Positions 11,905 to 22,794 of a stretch of 64,000 nucleotides of DNA are shown one piece after another. How positions within the stretch are numbered: the stretch's first letter is position 1; the number at the start of each line of letters is the position of its first letter. Location: the NCBI GenBank assembly GCA_030704615.1, contig CM060731.1, forward strand, positions 36,642,001 to 36,706,000. The letters run 5' to 3'. The DNA comes from Takakia lepidozioides. Lineage: Eukaryota; Plantae; Bryophyta. A program made the position numbers and the translations under genes. The notes under the pieces are model-generated. The model was not told where the DNA came from. It saw only the letters and a program-made list of their open reading frames with translations, and made no database searches.

Positions 11905-12127
11905 GTCTTTTTTTCAGTTCGGGGCCGAAAATGGCTAAGTCCCAGATCTGACTGGCACCAAAATCGGAAATTTGGCGCCATTTTCCAGTTCCGGGCCTAG
12001 TCAGATATGGGACTTAGCCATTTTTAGCCCCAAAATGGAAAAATGGCGCCATTTTTCCAGTTCAGGGCCCCAAAAATGGCTAAGTCCGTAGGGTGGCTGG
12101 AACCGCAACCGGAAATTCGGCGCCATT
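10810..12127. repeat. ~180-bp tandem repeat with poly(A) tracts and internal inverted arms
   Basis: CGGCTAAGTCCCAGATCTGACTGGCACCC recurs at about 10901, 11088, 11268 and 11451 (period 180-187). Confidence 0.92.
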
Positions 12128-13784
12128 GGGTTGAGTCGCAATCCATGCACGAGCCAGTAGGATGACACTGGAGCTCGGTGGCATGGTGAGATAGACGAGG
12201 AGATGGTGCCCGGATGACATGCATCTGCATTTCTGTGTATCTTGGCAGTGGGAGGCCAGGTTGGACCTGCAACAGGGATGATTGTAGATCAAAGTGTTTG
12301 AGGACCCTGAGGCCAGCAATGAGCAAGGTGGCGCCAAAGATATACATGAGGATTCAGTTGTTTTGGACTACCTCCGCACTGGAGACACTGCAGCCACTGT
12401 GACTGTCAAGGAGAGGGATCCGATCCTATAACGAGCCAAGAAGTTCAAGTGGGAGGGGACACACCTGCTCCGAGTGTGGGAGGATGGTCGAGTGAGGATT
12501 GTGCCTCACCCAACACAGCGGGCACGATTAGTGCGGCATGCCCACGAGGAGTTGGGGCATTTTGGGGTGCGACGCACCCATAGCCTACTGCAGGGGCAGT
12601 ATTGGTGGCGTGGTATGCACACAGAGGTGCAACAATTTGTGGCTAGGTGCATGGTGTGTGACAGGGTGCGTGCTTCATTCAACGCCCCTACTCCACAATT
12701 GCACCCTCTTCCGATCATGGGATTGGGCTACAGGTGGAGTCTTGACTTCGCAGGGCCGTTGCCACTGACCATGCGTCACAACAAGTACGTGTTGGTGATG
12801 GTGGAGCACTTCTCCAAGTGGATTGAGTTGGTTCCATTGCCTGATAAGGCTAGTGAGGGAGCTGCGTATGTATTCTTGGATTGTGTGCTTAGCCAATTCG
12901 GTGCTCCAGCTGAGGTACTCACGGACCAAGGGAAAGAGTTCTTGGGGGAGTTTCAGGCTTTGTGTGACAAGGCCTTGATAGACCACCGCACCACTTCTCG
13001 GGATCATCCTGAGGCCGATGGCTTGGCAGAGAGAGTTGTTCAGACAGTAAAGAGGGGTTTGCGCAAGTATGGCTTGCAGAAGGGACACCTAGGAGATTGG
13101 GACCTTCAGTTACCCTGGTTAGCCATGGGCTACAGGTTCAGCAAGCAAGCATCACTTGCCTCCTTCTCACCATACTTTCTTCTCTTTGGCTGAGAGCCGG
13201 ATTTACCTGCATCCATTCGCAGAGAAGCTGCTGCAGTTCTTAACCTTGACGATCCGGACGTGTGGGCACGTGCATGTGAGCAGCGTGCAGAGTTGTTCAA
13301 GAAAGTCATGCCCATGGCTTTCGAAAACCTTGCCATCGCACAACACCGTGATACGCTGAGGTATGCTACCATACGTGGTGGGGGCTATCGTCCTGGGGTT
13401 CGGAGATTCAACCCTGGTCACTATGTTTACCTGCAGCAGACTGCTCCTACGACCTTGGATGTGACTGCAGGACGTGTTATTTTGAGGGTTCGAGAGGTCT
13501 TGCCCTCAGGCGTCTTGGTCTTGGAGGGTCGGGATGGCATAACTTGGAAGAACCATGTGCGTAATTGTGCACCATGTCACCTTCCGAATGTCGATGGCAG
13601 GATTGACCCAAACTTGGCAGTGGTATCTGCAGGTTTGAGATGCATGTTGTGTGGGTCTGCTAGAGGGGCAGCCACCATGCTGGTGTGTGATCGATGCTCT
13701 AGAGGTTGGCATTTGGGATGCTTGACACCACCTCTTGAGATGGTTCCGAATGGGGATTGATTATGTCCACATTGCATTGGATAG
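12128..13784 (+). pseudogene. End of RNase H, integrase (HHCC + DDE core) and C-terminal PHD finger; several premature stops
   Basis: HAHEELGHFG...CMVC; SLDFAGP, LTDQGKEF, DGLAERV; PHD CMLC..MLVCDRC..GWHLGCLTPPL..VPNGD*LCPHC (13641-13775). Confidence 0.92.
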
Positions 13785-14044
13785 TGGGAGTGGATACAAC
13801 CATGGAAGGCTAACAAGAAATGCAAGGCCAAGCTACTAGGAGACCTTGAACACACGAGATCTTGGCTCAAGTTCACAGATTGCAAGACGGCGACTAATGA
13901 TGGGGCTACTCTTGTACCCGGCCTCTTGGTCTATAGAGTTTGAGTACAATAGGGACAGTGATAGAGGACTCAGTACGGCTGTGGCTATTACATCTTGTAG
14001 CTATCTGGAGGTAGAGGGACCTATCCACCAGCTAGGGGGGCGAT

Positions 14045-14573
14045 TGTGGTAGACTACTTTATTGTGCATATATGTGTGGTGTGGTTTGGACAACGATGTA
14101 GTTGTGTAGCGATATGTATGCGCACGACAGCTGTCAAGTTAAATAAACACAGTGTGAAACTAACTAGAATAAAACTAGTTATTTGTATTTAACACTTGGA
14201 TTTAATTCAAGTGTTAAGTCAGGTGTCAAGTTTGAGCTTGACACCTGAACTATCTTATCTTCACGAGAGCGTCAGTCGCGCAGCTCATCTCTCTCGAGTT
14301 GAGCCTGCGCGACCGAGCTCCTTCATGCTTTAGAATCTGAGTGTGCTTATGTAGGGGTATAGGTTGTTGTGGGGTGGAGTCCCCATAGCTTGGGGTGCCC
14401 CTTGCTCGACTTCTGTTTTAAAGAGTGATGTTGATGGATTCATGTTGTTTTCTTGTGTGAACAGTGTGTTTCTAGTTTTTCTTATCATTGTGGCAGACTA
14501 CTTTATTGTGCATATATGTGTGGTGTGGTTTGGACAGCGATGTAGTTGTGTAGCGATATGTATGCGCACGACA
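14045..14573 (+). repeat. 3' LTR of element B (529 bp) bounded by 85-bp direct repeats
   Basis: 14045-14129 and 14489-14573 differ at only 2 positions. Each begins TGTGG and ends GCACGACA. Confidence 0.85.
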
Positions 14574-15590
14574 AAGTAGAAACCTTCTCTCAGAACTGCT
14601 CCAGTTGCAGAGCATTTTGTAAATAACAAATATTTCATGATGGATCTGTAAGTTGAATCAATTGAGCAAGGGAATCCCTCCACTTGAGATTTGTCCTTCA
14701 CTTCCATCTTCAAGATGAACACCATAATGACCTGGAAACGATCATCCACAATAAGTTCTTGTCTATACTCTTTTTTGGAGGTCTCATCTTCCATACTCTT
14801 GAGAACTTGGAAAGCATGAACATGGTTGGGAAAACGTTCCTTCATGTCTCTTTCATACAACAACAACGTCTCCTGATTTACTCTTGTATTCCAATTTGGA
14901 ATATCTCCGGTTGCATGGGCCAATGTAGAAATTGTGAAGCTCATTGGAACTTGTTGTCCATAAGCCACCATCATGAACATCAAAAAGCCTATAAATAAGA
15001 TGTCTGCTCTTACTCGTTTGCTCAAGACCTCATTGTCTTTCAAATGATCGACGGCACGGCGTATTCGGAGACTGCCAAAGATTGAGTAAATGCACTGCAC
15101 ATGACAAACGATACATTATAAATTGGATCTGTACCATTAAACAACTACAACAATAAAATAATATAATATACACACACCCTATAGTGATATATGATAGATT
15201 GAAAATAGCTTTTTGAAATGCTTACCCCTGAATTGTTGAAAAACTGCTTCTATGCGGATGTTAGGAAATTTCTAATTGGACCACCGATGTCAGTTGTGCC
15301 TTCCTCCAGAATACTGACTCCATTATGAAAGTGAGATATTGTTATGTACTTCACATATATCATTGGAATGCACACTCCATCTCGGTTTAATTGTCCATTG
15401 AAGAAAGCCTGTAATGTCTCCAACTCCATCCCTGCATTCACATATTCAGCCAACGTAAACAAATGGGTAAGAGTTATTCGAGCAGTTTATCATGATTTAA
15501 TTGCATGAAGCACCATCTATGGTATAGCATCAGGATCACCAGATTCAAGCAGTGGTCTCCAAAGCTTCCATGGATGTAAGGTTTTCATGC
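14574..15590 (-). pseudogene. Degenerate intron-containing gene of unknown function, disrupted by element B
   Basis: ORF pieces 15250..15462 and 14498..15100, with a GTAAGC donor near 15223 and an AT-rich intron. No recognisable family. Confidence 0.3.
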
Positions 15591-15894
15591 ATGCACGCGC
15601 ATTGCAATGCGCACAAATGTGACGTGATTGGCTAAGAGTAAGTGTCGAAGTAGCGTTGAAGCGGAGTAGCAATATCATATGTTAGTGTACACGGCCCCTA
15701 GTTATCATTCCTGGCGTGACGTGGCGCTGACATGTCGGCCGTCACGTCACGTCGAATCCAGACGTTTACCCATGTAATTTTTTTTACATTTGACTTTTAC
15801 GATTTACTTTTACCCTTTGTAATGACATGGCAACCACGGTGTAAAACAGAAGTGGCCAATTATTAATATTAAATTTTTTTAAATAAAAAATGCG

Positions 15895-16384
15895 TCCGCC
15901 TATATTGGCGGTCGCTAATTTTTTATTTTTTAAATGAAGCGACCGCCCATATTGGCGGGCGTTTGTATTTTATATATTTAAATAAATGACCGCCTATATT
16001 GGCGGTCGGTTGAAGTTTATTATGTTTTAAATGAAGCGACTGCCCAGATTGGCGGTCGCTCACATTTTTATTATATATATTTTTATTATTTTTTAATCTA
16101 TTTTATATAAATACAGCAACCGCCATGTGGCGATCGCTTATGTTTTTTAAAAAAAAATTTAGCGACCGTCATTTAGCAGCGGTTGCTTATTTTTATTTTA
16201 TCCTTAAATAAAGCGAGCGCCGTTAGGCGGTCGCTTCTTTAATAAATTTTTGAAAAATGCAGCGACCGTCATGTGGCGGCCGTCGCTATTTTTGTTAATA
16301 AACAATACAACGACTGCTATTTGGCGGCGGTCGCTTACTTAATATATTTCTTAAAATGAAGCGACCGCCATTTAGCGGCGGTCA
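15895..16384. repeat. Array of AGCGACCGCC/GGCGGTCGCT inverted pairs in AT-rich spacers
   Basis: More than 10 visible copies, many as short hairpins (e.g. GCGACCGCCATTTAGCGGCGGTC). Confidence 0.9.
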
Positions 16385-16595
16385 CTTATTTTTATTTTGA
16401 ATCCTGTACGACAATAACAAAAATGAGAGAGTCACATTAGCCCATGTAGTACTTCGGTTCATAGACAAGCCATTCAGTTGGCCTGAGTCGAAAGATATAT
16501 ATAAGACGGAGTAGACCATAGTCTCGTAGATATGAGATTTGTGGCGGTACAATGGTTCTTTTATCAAGACATAACTCAATTTTGATCGTGCATGT

Positions 16596-18190
16596 AATAA
16601 ATAAAGTCTCATTGTAAATACTACATTGCATATGTACGACCCTGACACCTGTTATCGCAACATAAATAGTTTGTATATTGTCTCACTGTTTATATTTGTA
16701 ATGTTCTAACGTGGCTGATAGGGTTATGAGAAAACGATGTATTAGTTCCGTACGAGTTAAACAACTAACGTCCCACATCTCATTCGGATATGCGACACTA
16801 CCATGTGAAGCATGAGTCTATAAGTAACATGTGCACATGCGACCTCCGAAGTCCGAACGTTCGATACTAGGTCCAGGAAATGTTTTCTGGAACGTCCCGA
16901 GGTCGCATGTACACCTGTTACTTATTGACTCATGCCTCACATGGTAGTGTCGCGCATGAGAATGAGATATGGAACGTAAGTTGTCTAACTCATACGGAAC
17001 CAATACATTGTTTTTTCATAACCTTGTTAGAAACGTTGGAACATTGGAACATACAAACAATGACACAGTACACGGCCGGTTTTGTTGAAATGACATCTAT
17101 GAAGTTCGAGCATATACAATTTATTATTTACAACGGAACTTTATTTACTCAGGGGACCCGTACTGCTGCAGGAGTGCAACTGATGGTGCGAATTCTCTAT
17201 TGATTAGAGCTGTCACAACCAATGTCAACAATCATATTTACGGTAAGGTGTTTCATGCTCTTGTTGTTCCTCTAGCTGAATTTTGTAGTACTCTTTTTGT
17301 TATTCTCGTGCCAACAACATCAGGTCCTCTGATACTGTCATGTTCAAACAAACGTATCAGCCACCCCGGCCAGCTTGCAGGCTGCAGCCACGGCCCACCA
17401 TAAATTGAATGAATTGGAGATTTTGTGCTCAGTTCCTGGTTTCATGTTTGTGGTGGCTGATATAGAATTCGGAATATGACAGTCCCAGTGGACCTGATGT
17501 TGTTGGCATGGGAATAGCAAAACGATTTCTAAATAAATCAGCTACATGAACATCGGCAGTATGAAACACCTTGCAATACATATGATTCTTGATATTGTTT
17601 GCACGAATTATTTGTATTTGTGCCTTCAAGTGGCGAACATTTCCGCCATGGTGTGGAAGAGGTGCATTGGCCACATTAAACGGTTGATGTGATACCATTT
17701 CACAAATGTATCACATCGCATTTGTGAAAATGTATCACATGAACCATTCCATGTGGCCTACGGCAGTCTTCGATGGGTACGAGATCAATATGGCCTACGA
17801 GATCAGCTTCCACCAACAAACATGTGATCATTTCAAAAGCGTTTGAAGCGACGATGGGCAAGGTTCTTCATTTAAATGTTCAACATGCTGAGATTTTTTG
17901 TAATGTCTCTTGCTTCGTAATGAGATGCTTCTCCAACTCTTATTTTTCCATTGTTAATATTCTCCATCTGGAACATATCCACACATGCGTATATAAATAC
18001 TTAAAAAACCAAATGACCATCAAAACTGGAAGCTGTGGATGAGGCTTATAAAAGTGGAGATGGTCATTTGCTTATTTAAGGATTTCTGCACACATGTGTG
18101 GATCTGTTCTAGGTGGAGAACATCGACATATTGGATAAGTGGACATGGAGAAGCACCGCATTACGAAACATGGGATACTACAAAAAGAGC
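16596..18190. repeat. Series of four long imperfect inverted repeats (foldbacks)
   Basis: 16596-17149 (axis 16872; inner arms 51/55 identical), 17213-17600, 17669-17758, 17895-18190. Confidence 0.85.
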
Positions 18191-18204
18191 TTCAAAAGGC
18201 ATAC

Positions 18205-19612
18205 CATGTAACAGGTCCCGGTCTAATATGAGACAAAATCCCATTCATTCAATGGGCAATTGAATGGTTGCTCATCCAAATGATTTTTGTTTGCTTTCAA
18301 TCTTTACCACTTTGTTCAACATACCATGTATCAGGTTCCGGACTAATATGAGATCAATCGAAATTCATTCGATGGCCCAATGGATGTTGCCCATCAAAAT
18401 GATTTGGTTTGCTTTGAGACTTGGCCAGTATGTTCAATGTACCATATAAGAGGTCCCAGAGTAATATGAGATCAATCGAAATTCGTTCAATGGTTGAACG
18501 GATGGTTGCCCATCCAAATTATTTTCGTTCGCTTTGAGACTTGGGCAGTGTGTTCAATGTACCATCTCACAAGTCCCAATGTAATATGAGATCAATTGAA
18601 ATTCGTTCGATGGGCCAATGAGGCATTCACATGTCATCCATTATTGTTCGTTGCGAAAAAGAAATCCTGCAATGCGTGCACGGCTATTGCATCCATTGAA
18701 CGGATGTGGTTGAAGCCCATCTTTTGCCTGGATGTGCTTGAACATGTCTGTGACACATGTGCGGAGACACAACAGATGAATAAATCATTTGCCTCCCCAT
18801 CGACGCACTCACCCCTCAAGCCATTCGAGAATTTAAATGAATTTTAAGCCAATAATTAGGTTTGCACTGCCTTTGATTGGGGGTTTCTGGCATGTATCGA
18901 TTTTGTTTTTGGCTCAATTTTGTTCTAGGGCTTCAAACATTCCACCGCTACTCCCCCGCCAAAATTTGGACCAATAAAAAAAATCAAAAAAAAAAAAATG
19001 TTCTCTTCACTCACTATTGCAAAACTCTCTATGAAGAGTGCATGAAGTAGAACACAAATCAAGTTTGGAGTGCAAAACAGGGAAGAAACTGTGGTTTTGG
19101 GTCCAAATGAATTTTTTTCGCTCCCAAATTCGGCACGCACGTTGCATATGGAGTCATTACACGCCCCATTCAAAAATGGAATGAAAAAACAATCATGAGC
19201 ACGCGAAACGCAGTCCAACAGGTCCCAAAGTAATAACAGATCCAACAGAATTCATTCAATGGGTGAACGGATGGTTGCCCATCCAAATCATTTTTGTTTG
19301 CTTCCAAATTTTTCCAGTACGTTCGGGACACCCTCTCACAGGTCCCGGACTAATATGAGATCAATCGAAATTCATTCGATGGTCAACGGATGGTTACCCA
19401 TCGAAATGATTTTGGATCGCTTTGAGACTTGGCCAGTATGTTCAATGTACCATGTAAGAGGTCCCAGAGTAATATGAGATCAATCGATATTCGTTCAATG
19501 GGCCAATGGATGGTTTCCCATCCAAATGATTTTCGTTCGCTTCGAGACTTGGCCAGTATATTCAACGTACCATGTGACAGGTCCCAGAGTAATATGAGAT
19601 CAATCGAAATTA
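18205..19612 (+). repeat. ~120-bp tandem repeat in two blocks of 4 copies (18205-18620, 19215-19612)
   Basis: AGGTCCCAGAGTAATATGAGATCAATCG anchors near 18212, 18333, 18451, 18571 and 19220, 19340, 19459, 19579. Confidence 0.9.
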
Positions 19613-20066
19613 TTTTGTGCTTCGAGAAATTTGTGGGCATGTCCGTCATATGTAGAAAGATCATAGATTTGCGAAATGATTATGAAATACACAGGGACCA
19701 GGCGAAATTTGTTTGGAAGACGACCATTCGTAACTCGTTATAACTTATTGGTTAACATCAATTTTCCTTTTTCTCCAGCTTTCGGAATTCATTGCAGATA
19801 CCCACATACACATCATGATCAAATATGACACCATTGTAAATTTGTTTACAGGGTGAACAACTTCTTCCCCATCACACGAGTATAAATGTGAAGAAAACGT
19901 TGCTCGTGCAATTGAAATTGGCAGGTGCCGCACATGTACATTGTGTATTAACAAAATTGGTGCATATACAAAATTGGCGGAATGTTATTACTGTGTTTTC
20001 CAGCAACACTCAAGGTACAACAAGAATGCACATTGTCTATGTACTACGTTGTCAGTCATTAAAAGC

Positions 20067-22442
20067 CTAGTCGTCATTGTCCGAGGACAAGAGATGTGAT
20101 GTTGTGGCCTGATTTGCACTGCCAATACGGAAAACTTGCGACCGTGATCTCGTGGTCAATGAGGGGCCCAATGGCATGTGATCAATTCTGGCCTGCATCC
20201 ACCTGCTTTGCGGCGAAAGTTGATTTTTTTCTTCACTCTCACGACGTGGCGGAGGTGGATCGACAACAAGTGCTCGGGCTGCATGTAAATCGGTAACGAG
20301 GCCGTCCACATTCGGCAATAGAGCCCCCGAAACTCGATGATAACGGTCTGCCCATAGCACCTCTATTGCTCTACAACTGCCTTGATGGTACTTTTGAAAC
20401 TTTCCAACTGCCTCTGCCCTCCCCTTTCCCTTATCATTGTGTCATTTCGACGATAACCCGCCTCGTACACCTCATTCATTCGGCGTTGACATATTATAAC
20501 ATCTTCTAGTTCGGACAACAACAAATGTTTCCCAATCTGTTCTTGGTTATACAATTTGTTCTCCTCTGGCACCCATGGAAGCTGTGGGAGCCGGATAAAC
20601 CTGGATCTCTCTGACTCCAATGCCCTCCTGAATTGCGGCAAAACTGCTCTCTCTCTCCCACCAATCGGGAATGCCTCCCGCACGTATGGTTATCTCCCAG
20701 TCAGATGTGACCCAAAAATACTGGGGATCTTTGACGTATGCTGGGTTTCCGGCATGTATGCCATGCATCTCTCTGTCTGCATCCCATACCAAGTTCTTGC
20801 CCCAATGCACACAATTCAGAAATGTAAATGGTAGCCCATCCAATGGGAGGTTGTGTCGATTGTATTCAAAACCTATGGGCATACTTTCCTCCAAGCCCAC
20901 CAGCTCATAGAAATGACGATGGATTGGTGTATGACATTCTAGGCAAGCGCTCATCCGCAAGGCTTGCGGGATAAGACATATGAGATGAAATATATGTCCA
21001 CATGATCCAAGCACATGACATCCCTCTGGGCCGTATGGATTCCTACACAACGAACAAACTGTGTCATCTGATATCCATGACGGCAAAACGTGTCGTAGTA
21101 TCTCCTCCCTCTGGGCCGGTTTGATGTGGCTGGTCATCCTTGTTGTGGTGTCCTACTCCTTTTCTATCTCCAATTCTCAGTTTATACTTTTGTTCGACCC
21201 CGAAATTCTGTGCTCACATCGATCGAACATAGAATCCACATCTGCCCAGTTGGTATACCCGTCGAACACGCTTGATGCGCTGCGGAGATCGTTATACCTT
21301 TGCATGTTGGCATAAATGTTATCTACGCTACGGTTTGACATGCGTGCGACACGTTGCAAAACTGACAGTGCCCGCTCTACTCGTGCTTCTCTGGAGGCCA
21401 AATGGGTCGCCCATTGTACCCAATTTTCTCAATCGCCATTCAATGAGACCCATGCCCGAATCTCCAATATTTTGGACAAGCGCCATGCAGTTGCCATGAC
21501 AATGTCCTGCTCCTTTGTAACGCGGTCGACATCAGATATTGCATTCATCTCGGATTGAATGGCGACCCTCGAGCATTCCCGGGTTTCTAGTACTGGTTCT
21601 TTTCCTTTCCTCCTTCTCTCATCCCCAATTCGCTGTTCCTCAACCATGGTTTCATCGGCCGCAGGGTCAAGGACGTCCGTAATTTCGTGAATGATGAGGT
21701 CAATACTGCGATCGGGCATTGCAAACTCCGCGTCCATGTCCACGACGTTTGTTCAATCCTCGTTGTGGACAACACTGTCTTCATTGTTTGGAGGCACGTC
21801 TTGCAATCTAGCTTCCAACTCGGCTATGCGCAATGTTTGTCAGTTCAGTCGGTCCTGCAGGGTCGTGATTCGCTGGTCTCTTTCTGCCAGTTGTTTATCT
21901 AACGTTGCAGCCGGTTGTATTCCAAACGTGTCCGGGATGTACTCCAAATCGTATAGCATCCTTGTGTTCCTCCTACTAGCAGTTTGCCAATTCACTGGAC
22001 GCAATAGTATGGCATCCACGTAAACATGGCTGCCAAGGTGTACGTGATTTGGCCCTTTAAGAGAGGTTGACCCCACAATGTGCAATGCACCTCATTCGCC
22101 TTATGCTGGAAATGCAAGTTCGTGCAAGACCTTGACTCTGTGTAATTGTTTCGGGTTTGCATGTCATGCCTATCCAGAGGCCACAATCGATTGATGTGGT
22201 ACCACTTCACAATTTTTTTGCATTTCCCCATCGGCCACCTGAACTCTTCCGGAACATCCTCCCAGCCCTCTTCTGCTAGTATGCTAGAGTCATCGTATAC
22301 TTCCCAATTCAAGTCTTGCCTTGACCATTTGATTTTCTTAGGGGGCGGACCATATTTATTCGGGTCTTCTTCCATGACGCTCATCGTCCTGGCCCTCTGC
22401 CATTCTACAACAATCGGAGTAACACGTAACGAGGTTTACTAA
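20067..22442 (-). pseudogene. Frameshifted ORF(s) encoding a RING-H2 zinc finger protein with coiled-coil segments (transposon cargo)
   Basis: CSLC-x15-CGHIFHLIC-x10-CLEC in ORF 20547..21137. Neighbouring minus-strand ORFs (21992..22384, 21840..22085, 21429..21743, 20363..20683) are collinear. Confidence 0.6.
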
Positions 22443-22794
22443 TAAGACGTAACTCTAAACCCTTCACCGGAAATGAGTCTGAGTAGGAGTCAGATTAGTT
22501 CCTAAAAGGTAATTTTGTAGAATGAAAGGATCCTGGAAGCTAGAGGAGGGCCTATGGGAGCATTCTGCAACGACCTCACAGAAATCGCAGCAAAAAATAC
22601 CCCCCCCCACCCAGCCAATGACCTCCTTCTCTACGTGACTACGTGTCGTGGAATAATGAAATGTCACGCACACAGAAGTTGTGTGGAGAGGAAGTGGGGG
22701 GAGAATGAGCCTCCCTTGGCTTATATGCCCCCCCCCCCCCCCTCCCCCTTCCTTGAGCCACGCGGAAGGCAAACCTTCTAGAAGTGATCGCCAG

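Larger units (their letters stand above)
6970..12127 (-). mobile_element. Mutator-like (MULE) DNA transposon, truncated, with extensive subterminal repeats
   Basis: Interrupts RNase H after TDW. Pol resumes at 12128 with GLSRNP, so the RNase H core is deleted. The GAAATTCGGCGCC motif family occurs on both sides of the transposase. Confidence 0.75.
4716..14573 (+). mobile_element. Ty3/gypsy LTR retrotransposon B encoding DNMT-RT-RNase H-integrase-PHD (5' end displaced by element A; interrupted by a MULE at ~6970-12127); defective copy
   Basis: Domain order RT-RH-INT is that of gypsy. PPT AGCTAGGGGGGCGAT precedes TGTGG at 14045. The 3' LTR ends GCACGACA at 14573. Confidence 0.88.

Noticed and set aside
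9592-12000. Many 70-230 aa ORFs on both strands
   Set aside because: Artefacts of GC-rich tandem repeats and poly(A) tracts (poly-K or poly-F translations).
9720-12127. Palindromic repeats with spacers resembling a CRISPR array
   Set aside because: Spacers are themselves repeated, units are 180-280 bp, no cas genes are present and the context is eukaryotic TE subterminal DNA.
19860-20098. Cys-rich plus-strand frame (CRTCTLC...CYYC...HCLC)
   Set aside because: No start codon or clear splice context and no recognisable family; may be chance.
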